A stretch of 64,000 bases of DNA, taken from positions 16,678,001 to 16,742,000 of the forward strand of contig CM060734.1 in the NCBI GenBank assembly GCA_030704615.1. The letters are read 5' to 3'. Each line of letters starts with the position of its first letter. Within the stretch, counting starts at the first letter, position 1. Below the pieces are notes generated by a model. The model saw only the letters and a program-made list of their open reading frames with translations. It had not been told where the DNA came from and searched no databases. Below are positions 52,351 through 63,299 of the stretch, one piece after another. Source of the stretch: Takakia lepidozioides (lineage: Eukaryota > Plantae > Bryophyta). A program made the position numbers and the translations under genes.

Positions 52351-52785
52351 GCCTATAACCGAGGATGGTCATATGACCGTGGAATTAATGCAGGGAATCT
52401 TGCCTAAATAGAATCAAGACTACCATGAGGCCTACAATTGTAGCATCCAACATTGTGCAATTACAAATGCTTGTTTCACTTTTACAATTACGAGGACGAG
52501 AAAATATCCTCACAAAGTGTGCGCCATAGAGGCTGCCACTCGAAGACCTTCCTCCCTCCTCAAATAACAATGAGAGTTAGGATCATCTTCAAAAGATGAT
52601 TGAGTGCATAGCGACAGCAAGACATGTAGACTTCGAACGGTGCAATGACAAAAGTGCTTTTAAAAGTTGTCACTCAGAGGCTCACTCCGTATAGTTGGAG
52701 GCCATATCATTGCACCGCCAACGAATTGATGTGAATTACACATTTCAAATCATGGTCGTCCACATACCACATTGCATAGTTGATG

Positions 52786-55700
52786 CTACCCATGTGTTGT
52801 ATCCCACTGCAATAGAGTATCGACCTCGTTGAAACTCATAGTGGCCTGGTGAATGAAGTTGTCACGTTTGGGATCGCAAACCATCTTCTTCAAAAATATG
52901 AAATACAAATGTTTGCAGGGTATGAATTTATCTCTCTTGCCCAAACTGGTTGATAGCATATTCACAAAATCAGGACATGTGCAATTGGGGAAATTGGAAA
53001 CCGTGATGTCGTAGGTCCTGTCATGAACAGTAGATGTGGAAGTGATGATTGTGAATACCCGACTATATCCTGGATCGGGTACTTCCGTGGTGCTTCCAAC
53101 ACGAGCTTGGAGCATTCTTGCGGACTCCACTTTGCCAAAGTGTTCAGCGGTTGGAGGGAAACGCCGAACGAGCTTTCCATCTCGTTTGGTTGGCCACAAG
53201 TCAGGATTTGCCGGGGGGACCCGGGAGGACGTAGATGTAGTAGCACATGCATGGAGTTGGGGTTGTCTCGCAAGGGAAAAGCCTGCCTCCTCCAACATTT
53301 CAATCTCCTGAAATCTGAGATGTGTTCCCACCTTCACGGGCCAAACGGTTGGAGGAGATGGCTTCATCACTACGGAAGGACGCACAGTTCCATGCACACA
53401 TCTGGCACAATCATCTGCGCAGAACCAGAACTTGTGGTTCTTGCCTTCTGGTTGACCGTATGGACGCATCAAACCCGTGAAAGTCGGAGTAGGAGTTCGG
53501 GCACCACCTCTGGATATAGATGAAGTGCACTTCTCGAAATTAGTTGCCCTGATCGCTGTACATTTCACGAGACCCTACACTTGTGCGTTCTATGTGCCAA
53601 ACGTGGTTGGGGCATGCGGACTCAAGCACATCAAGGGGGTTGTTTCTCTCCTGCACCATTTCAATGGCACTATTTGATGTTGGAGCTTGCCGTCGTGTTG
53701 GAGGTTCCTCCACAATGGAGGTTCCGGACATGGAGCTGTCATACAGGGGAACACAAGGCTTTGAGAAGTTATCACGGTCTACCCTGTGCAAATCGGAATC
53801 CGAACCAGGTGGAGTGTTCAATTTCCTCTTACAGGAGCCGAATCTCTCATCCCTTTCAAGATGTAGAACTCTATAAACAAGTGGCGTTCCCTGGGCATAC
53901 ATGCTCACCGCCCGTGCTATCTTGATTGGATCCCCAGATCTGTTTGCAGCACGCAACATCAACTCCCATTTGTCCGGACCCTTGCCACCAACCCCACCTC
54001 GCAAGAAATCACGGTATCGGGTTTGTTGTTGCAAGGCACGTCTCAAATCATCTGTTGTTGCCACATACAAATCCCGACCTCGTTTCCCAGACTGCTGCAA
54101 CCATGCGTTGTGCACAGTTTCTGCCAAATTGCAAGATGGCATGTCCGCCATTTCCTCAATGGACATGTTCTGCAAAGTGGAGAACCACACTTCAAAACAG
54201 TGAACAGAAAACAACATAAAGATGACACAATAAAATGGAAAGTAAATGTGTGAATAAAGCAAGAAATATAAGCCTCGTACCACTGGCATGGCTACTCCCC
54301 ACTGTCTATACTTCGGAACGCCAGCCAATCTTCCAATGCTCTCATACTCTCAAGTGATGCAGCTCCAGAAGAGAACCACCAGGCACGAATTGTCTGGAAC
54401 AAAGTGTCCGCCTCCTTCATTGTTCTAGCATCTTTGTACTTTTTGCACAATTTACGGTGCTGAGTCTGCATCTGTGGTTTGATGTCCGACTTTGTATGGT
54501 TTTCCAGAGATTGTGTCCAATGGAATAGACATGTACGCTCTCTTCCTCGCATTGGCACTTTTGGGTCGCCCGATCCGAAGACAATACGAACAGCATTGAA
54601 ATTTGCTTGAGCACTATCCGCCATGAAACTTGCGAAATTTGGAGATGGCAGCCCATGACACGTATTAGGGAATTCCACATGAGCTTCTGGGATTCTGTAT
54701 CCTCGGATTGCATGTCACAAACTGCAATTGTCATAACTCGTTGGTACACTATATCGTAGATATGACAAGCCATTGTCGTCCAATCCTTCACTCGTTTCAC
54801 ATGATCAAACATAAGAAAACAGTTCTGCAAGTCTCCAGTCTTCTGCATCCGCTTCACGAGGCTAATCCCACTGCCCTCCCCAACAGTCGACATTTTGAAA
54901 AGAAAAACTTTGATGGTACCTTGACCTGGGAATACATTGTCCTGGATGTAATCGTACTTGCTCACTCGTTTCAACTCCAAAATGTTGTCTATGTAGCCTC
55001 TGATACCAGAGCCCATTCTTAATGCATTGATCTGATGCCGAATGTTAGGTGAATTCAAAGTGGAGAAATGATCCATGACCAGGTCCAATGCTGCACCGTC
55101 AAGTTTAGTCCCCACATAATCTCCTTCACTCAAAATATGGTTTTCCAAGAAGGACTTGCTTGCGCCAAGAGCAATTGCAGATGTTGTTGCGGATGGGTTT
55201 CTCCCGAACTCCTGTTTAATCAACCTCGATATTGTCTCAACACTGTCCCTATAATCCCCCTTCGAGACAGGATGGTTATGGAATCCGAAATGCACACAAG
55301 CTCTTGTCATTGTTTCCAAACGGTGGACAATATAGTACATTCTTGCTCCGCAGAGCGCCAAGCAGGATGGCACAAGTTTGCAGAATTTGCAGACAAAAGT
55401 GTTTGCCGGTGGTGGGGCAGTCCCAGGCTGAAATGGATTTTCCGCCAGACCCTCCCATTTGTTTTGATTATGAACCCCAGACTGAAGAAAGTGTCTGCAA
55501 TTCAAATTATCACACCTAAGGTGTCCATTGCAAACTGTTCTCCTGAAAACAAGCTTGTCATCATTCTGAATATTGGATGTTTTTGTTCTGCACCACGGGT
55601 GCCCGTCGTGTTTCTTGTCCATTCCATGCATCATGATTGTTACACCTCCAACTCGCGGAGGAGGAGGCAGCTTGAATAGGATATCGCCATCAAAAGTCTC

Positions 55701-56175
55701 TGGCAAGAACTTCACAGGCACCTGCTTCAAAGATTCCCAATCAATTCCTCGCAACTCACTTTTGAATCCAGCCATTCCTCCCATCGCCCGTAATTTTGGA
55801 ATGACACTACAAATCTCTTCTTCATCAGCTTCTCCAACCACAGTAGGAAGGACTGGATTTGGAATTTCACTTATGTCATCATCGGACGAATCCGAAAGCT
55901 CAACGATTGGAGTGGAGGACGTCTGTTCTTTTTTCACCACCACCTCCCTCTTGTTTCAACGACCGAAGCAGCAGTCCCGGCGTCACATATGACCCAAGGG
56001 ACTTTCGCCGAGGCTCTCCAAGTACTCTGTATCGACCAGGGCGCACTCTCCACTGGCTGACATGAGCCGTCTCATCACGGTTTTGGAAAGAGTATTTCAA
56101 CAACTTTCCTTTCAAATCGTACACCTCTTTCTCCAAAAAGATGGAGCCATTCTGAAGCTGAAAACGGGTAGCCAA
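52786..56175 (-). pseudogene. Mutator-like (MULE) DDE transposase with N-terminal Zn-binding domain and C-terminal SWIM finger, frameshifted
   Basis: DGHPW..C..HLRC..C..CKFC..CGARMY..HNHP; MFDHVKRV..; FMADSAQANFNAVRIVF..CLFHW; NLAETVHN; SWIM CTCPDF..CKHLYF; frameshifts near 54680 and 53570, intron ~54200-54305. Confidence 0.8.
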
Positions 56176-56916
56176 GACATGTTCCAGAACAATTGCAAAT
56201 CCATTGTCAAGGACTTCCTAGGAGAACGGCACTGGTTTGTCGTCAGAGAAGAACTCCGCTTCAGAGGAAGTCATCTTCTTTCCTCGCATACGTTGATACC
56301 TTGTTATCGCAGACCTTCAGTGTAAATCAGTTTACTGATGTCTCCAGAACACAGTTGAAGAATAAGCAGAGAATATGGCGGAGGAAGCTCAAACGACGAC
56401 TGTGCATATTCTGTTATTCCTTCCAGATATGCAGCCGTCCATTTTAATTACTTTTCTTGTGGGCCCAGTGGTCAGAGTTATCCCTAGGAGCAATGTCGGC
56501 AGCTGTTAAACCGTTAATCAGAACCTCATCAATAAACACAATAACAAGCCGACTTCCTGGAAGCATGCCACAGGATCTGAGGGTGGGATTGCAGATTAAG
56601 TAAATGTATCTTTATACTACTACCAATGATCATGCGCACCTGGAAAGTTCAAAATGTGAAACGAACGTGGGGTTGGCTAACAAGGATGAACGTGTATGAT
56701 ATCCCAAAATTTGTCATCAAACTCTCGTTCATTTACATATATTTGTCTAAGACTGTGCGCCAAGATTTCTGGGATTCGCTGTTATTTTTAATATTGAAAC
56801 CGTTCTAATAAAGAACACGCCGTTTATTTTGGGCGACACATGTCAGACATCGATAACTGAATACGAACAGATGTACACTAATTGCTGGCATGTGCACTAA
56901 TAAGGGAACGACTATG

Positions 56917-58339
56917 TGTAACGGTCACGCGAGAGGGAATCCGATGCTTCTAGAGACAAACAACAACGCACGCAATCCCGCAAGAAATCGGGAGTCACTT
57001 CATTTTTCTACTTTTTGCGCTTAGAGAGAGAGTGGTAGTCAAGCTGGAGAGGGTTCCGTCTACAATACGTAAGAGAAGAAAGTCTCTTTATTTTACTTCC
57101 ATTAGAGAGAGACGCAGAGCAAGAGAGCAAATGACGAGGCGTCGTTTGTTGGAGAACACAGGGCCAAGGCAGCAGGTGAACGTGGAGACTGATTCACAAG
57201 AGCAGACCGAGACTGAGGCAGCGGCTGTGACACAGTCGGCGATAATAGTGCGCGTTGGAAACGAGCCTGTGGATGCAGAGATGACTTGCAGGGAAACTGA
57301 AGGAGGTGGAAGTACGAGGAACGCTGAACTTAATGCAAGCACAACAAGCCCGTCAGGGCCTGACACTCCGTATTGCCGGTTTGTAGACTCTGCCAGCCAT
57401 CGAAGGCAGCTGGCGGGGCTCGGTCAAATCCTCCCCACCCCCGCTCTCATCCCATCGGCGTCGTCGCCCATGTCACGTCGTCGCCCTGCGATACCAGTCC
57501 GCCAGTCCTTGTAACCTCATCTCGTGATATCCCATGTAACCCGCCGCATGTCAGCCCCTGTAACTCCAACTCATGGAACCCGCGCATTATAACCCTGCTT
57601 CATGTAACCCCAACTCCTAATATCCGATGTAATCCTATATCGTGTAATCCCGCTATCATGTAACTCTATATCGTGTAACCCTATCTCATGTAACTCGCGA
57701 CCATGTAACCCTGTAACCCTACCCCTCAGTGCCGTGTAACCCTAAATAGTGTAACTCTGCCCTTTGTGAGCCAAACAGTGTAATCCCCATTGTCAGTTCC
57801 ACCAGCCCTCCATTCCTTGTAACCCCACCTCATCTAACCCTTCCAATGTAAGCCCCGCCACATGTAATCCCGACCGTGTACCGCCCGCCATGTAATCTTG
57901 TGACACCCAGTGTAACCCTTCATAGTGTCACCCCGTACCATGAAACCCTCCAATAACCATCTGTAACCCCAAACCGTGTAACCCCCCACCATTCATGTAA
58001 CCCCGACTCATGTCACCGTGTCAGTTTTGATCACCTCACCAATGAAACATGTAACCCCGATTATGTCACCCTTTGTAACCCTATATCGTGTCACCCAATG
58101 CTTGTTACCCTCCAGTGCTTGTCACCCTAAGTAACCCCAGCTCATGGAACCCCCACATGTCCACCCTGTCACCCTATGTAAACCCGCCTCATGTAATCCT
58201 ACCAATGTAGCCTCACCTCTTGTCACCCTCATAACCCCGGCTCATGTATTCCCAATGCATGTGACCCTATATTGTATATCCCGAGACTGTAACCCCAACG
58301 TGGTGGGAAAATTTGGTGGGCTCGGAGAGGTGTCAGACA
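56917..58339 (+). mobile_element. Probable LTR with internal TGTAACCC-rich repeat tract
   Basis: TGTAAC start, TCAGACA end; dozens of degenerate (T)GTAACCC units at 57510-58300; no TSD found. Confidence 0.5.
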
Positions 58340-58429
58340 TTTTCAATTTTATGTATTGCATCAATACTGTCATTGTGAATGTCGCCTCTAGAGTGGACCG
58401 GTGTTCCAGCCACGTTGGCAAATTGCAAA

Positions 58430-58760
58430 GATGAGTGGAACATATTTCTATCGTTTAAGTCTGAAGTTTGTGCCTCCATATGTGGGACCTTTTTGCATTC
58501 GAAAATTTATGAATGAGGACGTTTACGAGTTGGAGCTGCGAGCGGAAAGCAAAGTACACCATGTGTTCCATGTCTCGCTTTTGAAGCCGTATTTTCAGGA
58601 TGAAGTGTGTCCAACTTGGCATCAAGTTTTGCGTCCACCACTTGTGTTGTTGAACATGAAAATGAACCCGAGTACGAGGTGGAGGCAGTACTTAAATCGA
58701 GGAGATTCAAGAACCGAGAAACATAGTAACTCGTGAAATGGAAAGGCTAGGTCATATCAA
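58430..58760 (+). pseudogene. Ty3/Gypsy chromovirus integrase C-terminus and chromodomain fragment
   Basis: YVGPF..YELEL..VHHVFHVSLLKPY, then frameshifted EPEYEVEAVLKSR..LVKWKG. Confidence 0.85.
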
Positions 58761-58974
58761 AGAGCTACCCAAGGGCCTAACAAGAAAGATCATGTTCAAG
58801 ACAGCTCACCCACAAAATGCCCAGTGCATTTTCTCCACACATAAACCAGAGGGGGCAGTCCATGTCCAAGAACTCCCTTGTTCCATACTTCTTCATTTCT
58901 GCAACAATCTGAAGTCCACCTCTTAAAAAAAAAAAAACAAAATCTGCAACCTGCATAGCATGGCCTCAAAGAAA

Positions 58975-59065
58975 GTAGAAGACCCTCGCCTGTCGCCCGT
59001 CCCAAAAACCACACACCAAGGTGAGAGTTAGTGAGGAAGCTTGAGGTGCATAGTGGGTCTTCTAC
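58975..59065 (-). ncRNA. Most diverged copy of the conserved PLE-associated structured RNA motif
   Basis: GTAGAAGACCC/GGGTCTTCTAC closing stem around CCTCACTAAC..GTGGTTTTTGGGACGGGC (minus strand). Confidence 0.6.
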
Positions 59066-60059
59066 GCATGCTATAGCTTTCCAAATTAAAACTATGCTAA
59101 AGCAGGAAACATAAAGAGGTACAGAGCCAAATTTACATGAAAAATAGACTCTTGGACTTGATGCCCAAGAGGTAATGTCATTCCCCTTGGAGCACTATTA
59201 GAGATATCACAGGTTTACAGCAGAATCAGCTGTAAAATATACGTGTTGTATGCAGAAGTAAAAAAAAGTTAAGAAATCTCAAGGCAAGGCAAAAAGAACC
59301 CATAAGCCTAAGAGGATATGTTATAAACGGAACAGATTATCTCCCTGTCAACCATCTGCAGAGTCCATAATCCAATCAATAAGAATTAGTTTCATGAATT
59401 TGCTTATAAGTAAGCCCAGGGTTCAGAGAACAAAAAACTTTAGTGTATACCATGCAATGCTTTAACATAAGCTTATTACCATCAAGAACCTTCCTTGCAA
59501 AGCTTACCTATGTTCAACAAGAGCCTTTAAGTTAAAAATAAGGAACTCTCGAACTTATGAAGCAAGGCTGCAGGTAATGACCAAGTTATGATGCCAGGGT
59601 AAGATACATCTCCCTGTCAATAGTTGGCAGAGTTCAAAACCTTTGTAGCCAAAACCATACCCCTGGAAATTCCCCTCAAGCAGGTCCTAGGGCTCCAAAG
59701 CCACCATCACTACTACGTTTCCTACAATATTTTTCCAAGTCCCTTAGAACCAAACCACCAGCAGGGTAGTAGTTCATCGAACCTTAAAGGCTGCGGGAGG
59801 TTTGCAGCCTGCGACATCCTTGCTACGAGTCAAACGACACCCACCAACGTACCAACTCAATCGCAGAGCAAGGCAAGCGATTGTCAAAACAAGAATGCAG
59901 CAAATTTAGGAAGACGAGAAGAGAGAGGACTTAGCATCAGGAGGGAAGTGCTCCTGCAGAATTTCACCATCCTGTAAGCCCCTTGTTTCTGACAGTACAT
60001 AGGTACTAATGTCAAAGATTTCTCAATCTCTCAGAAGAATCGGCCGCCCCCACCAACTG

Positions 60060-60850
60060 CCTCGTACACCATCATCAGGGGGTGTGTAATACGCAGGTTG
60101 CATGGACCAAAAACCCGGCAGGTTTTACATGAGGGAAATCTCCACTCAGCATGCCCAGCAAACAAAACCACGACAGTACACTGACACCCTTGAGGAGAGT
60201 CTGCTGCCCCAAAACAAGCCGCCCTGTGCACCATCATATGGTAATGTGTAACCAATCTAGCAACGGTAAAAAATCAAACAGGTTTCCCATCAGCCTACGA
60301 GCCTCTCGATTTTGACAATACCCAGGCCAAGGATGCCAAGGCATTCGTAAATAGGTATCTGCAAGGTAATCGTGAGGGGTTCCTGTGAAATGTAAGTCCA
60401 GGAATCATACATCCTTTGTAGAAAACCCTTGGACTTTGCGGAACAGCCGCCATCCCTGTAACCGCCTCGTACATAATCATGAAAAGACGTTTTAAAAACT
60501 TTGCAAGGGCCAAAAGGACTTTGATAAATCAGTATGGTAATGTATCACCACCAAAAAAACTGCCCTGTACATCATCATATGGTGATGTGTAACCATTCTT
60601 GCAAGGGTAAAAAACACCAAACAGGTTTCTCATCACCCTGTGAGCTTCTCGATTCTGACACCGCCGGGGCCAAGGATTGCTTAGCAATCGTAAACCTATT
60701 TCTGCCAGGTAATCCAAAGGGGGTGCCTGTGAAAGGTAAGTCTAGGAACCCGTTGGTCTTACAGGGAGATATACCAACTCAGAGAGAAGCCGCATATGCC
60801 ATCATGATCAAGCACGCAGCATACCGTGCAATCATGATAATCGAAGGCAA
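60060..60850. repeat. Degenerate ~340-bp tandem duplication with recurring GCC.(C/T)GT.CA..ATCAT submotif
   Basis: 60221-60400 is similar to 60562-60750; submotif also at 60060 and 60464. Confidence 0.6.
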
Positions 60851-61216
60851 AGCTTACCCGATCCACCTGCAGGGTAGTCTTAGGTGGTACATGGTCTGTC
60901 GGGAATGTAATCACAGCACATCCAGGGTTCAAAACCCGAAGCCACCAGAGATAATGCTGTTACAAATAACCTTTATAAGATGCATAATCAATCTATCCAT
61001 AAATTGTTTTTTCCATATATAAACAACCAGTGCCAATTCATTAATTTACTGCATCAAGTAAATTAAGTAGCAGGTTTTTTAGAGAGATGACAGATACATT
61101 ACCTTTCTTAGAGAGAAGAAAGGTAGTTATAACATGTATTGTCAAGAATGAACCAACGAAATATCATTTTTCCTAGAAAAAAGGAAAATGATGACAAACT
61201 GCAGCAACATGATTAA

Positions 61217-61262
61217 ATTGTACTCATAAGACGTCGTTTGCCGTAGCCTTGTGGCCATTGAC
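61217..61262 (-). mobile_element. 46-bp 3' tip of the RTEX-like LINE
   Basis: Matches 38943-38988 with one mismatch; candidate TSD gattaaa on both sides. Confidence 0.85.
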
Positions 61263-61269
61263 TGAGGAT

Positions 61270-63299
61270 TAAAGAGAGGGAAGATATACATGTCATGTCA
61301 AGACATGGACAAGACCGCTAAGGTCATTGTCATTGAAAGACAAAACAGCCCTTTACAGGGCACCATCTAACATTCTCTTTCATGTTTACAATCTCATTTG
61401 AATACCCAATTACATTTCAGGGTCTCTGAAAAAACAGGGCGGGAGGTGGGATTCCAGGTCATTCATATCATGAAAGCACCATAGTACACATCATCATCTC
61501 AAGAATCCATTTTAAACTCATTTCAAAAACCAGATTGCAGGTTTGGTTTGAAGATGATGTTTTAGAACCAAGATATAAGCAAGATTCTTAAAAAGGAAGA
61601 AGAAACAACAGTGTAGAGCCCCCTTAAGCAGGTATAGGCCTAGAATGGTATTTTAAGGCCACATAAAGTAGTTCTGCCAAGGTGAAAGAGCAGCTCAGAA
61701 ACCCCAGTTTGTTATCAAGCCATGAAACCAAAATGATATGAGGGCCTTGAAGAATGTGTGTTATCTATCAAAGCCTATCCTTTTGATCCATCAAAGTCAT
61801 ATCAAGAGTTCTCATTTCAGAGCCAAGTATCAAGGCAGTCAAAGTAATAACTGCTATTTTGTATCCTTGTATCCTTCATAGCTAAACTCCTACACATGCA
61901 AATGTGGTTGTAAAAAACCGTAAACAGGGGTAAGGAGAGAAGCAGATCCTCATTGGAGCAATCTTGGAGCAGGTCTGAAGCGGCATGGTGGCAGTTTGAA
62001 ACAGCAGATGGCATCAGCAGCTTAGGCAGCAGCAGTATCCACACTTGCAACAGGAACTGCAAGCTTCAAGAAATCAAGACAAGTGAAGACCCTCACCTGT
62101 GCCCGTCCCAAAAACCACCACATAGCGATGTGTGTTAGTGAGGATGCAGCAGGTAAGTGGCAGGTCTTCACAGTTGCTATCCATGTCAGTGTTGAATTCT
62201 AAAGCAAGTACAGATCACAATTCAAGCAATGGTAAACTCAAAAAACCTTGAGTGTTTGTGGTATGCCCTGCGCCATGGCGTCCAACAGATTGTCTCCAAC
62301 AGAACGCAATCAGAGTAGAAGCGTTCACAGCTAGAGAGTGGCTCATACACGAAGAGAGAGCAACAAGTAATATGTAGATAAATAGGGATAGAGTACTTCC
62401 CAACAAGGAGTAAAAGCGCCGCTGCAAAATAAAGAACCATGAGTTCCTGATCAGAGCAATCACGGCTTTGTCGTCTGCCATAGAAGAATCTGTTTAACCA
62501 CCACTGCGCATCCCAAGAGCCAGCAATCACGAGTACCATGTAGCATCAGGGGAGCAGGTTTATACGGCGCATCATCAAGGTTCACTGAAGCACGAGTTCA
62601 GTGCTTGAAGTGTGTCGGCCTGCTTAGGGCAAAACTTCCCGATTTTTCATCCAGGATGGATGAAATATCACATTTTACCAAGATAGGCATTTTGTCACTG
62701 GATGACATCCCATAGAAATGTATCTTTTAGGGTTATGGTATAGGTTTAGGTTTAATAACTGCCATCATTTATGATGGTAGTTTTATTACTCTCTTGGATT
62801 TTATAATAGGTAACCATTATTTATGTAGATCATCCAGTTTAGATGAAAAAAATAGATGGTAACTCTAGCTTTCTGTATATTAAGTTTCATCATCCAATAA
62901 AATAAAATCATCCAGATTTGGATGAAAAAGGCATGAAAAAACTAAATAACCTCAAAAGGTTAAGGCCAGATGAAATCCAAAGATTTATAGAGGGAGAGGG
63001 AGAGAGGGAGAGAGAGGGACCCACCAGCCAATCCCCTGGCATGGCAGAACCTTACGGAGTAAGTGTGGTATGCACTCACCCCGTAAGGGAGTGCATACCA
63101 GACCTCTTCTCATAAGGTTTTCCCTTCCATGTAGTTCTATCCTCAGATAATATTTATCCAAAGGAGTAGAATCCTACATCCTCACTTCCTCGGATCAAGA
63201 ATGAAATGATGGCATAAAATGTATCATAGCAACACTAGTATAGTATCACTTAGAAAAGAACGTAGAGTTCAATGGTATAACATAGCTCTGTATAGGTTT
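61270..63299 (-). mobile_element. PLE 3' non-coding region (pLTR-like), copy C
   Basis: Directly downstream of the RT stop; near-identical to 7373-9110 except small indels (e.g. ~20 extra bp near 61620). Confidence 0.85.

Noticed and set aside
7373-63018. Giant DNA transposon bounded by 1.7-kb TIRs
   Set aside because: The right copy is contiguous with a PLE RT outside the bracket, other copies occur in tandem, and a host gene lies inside
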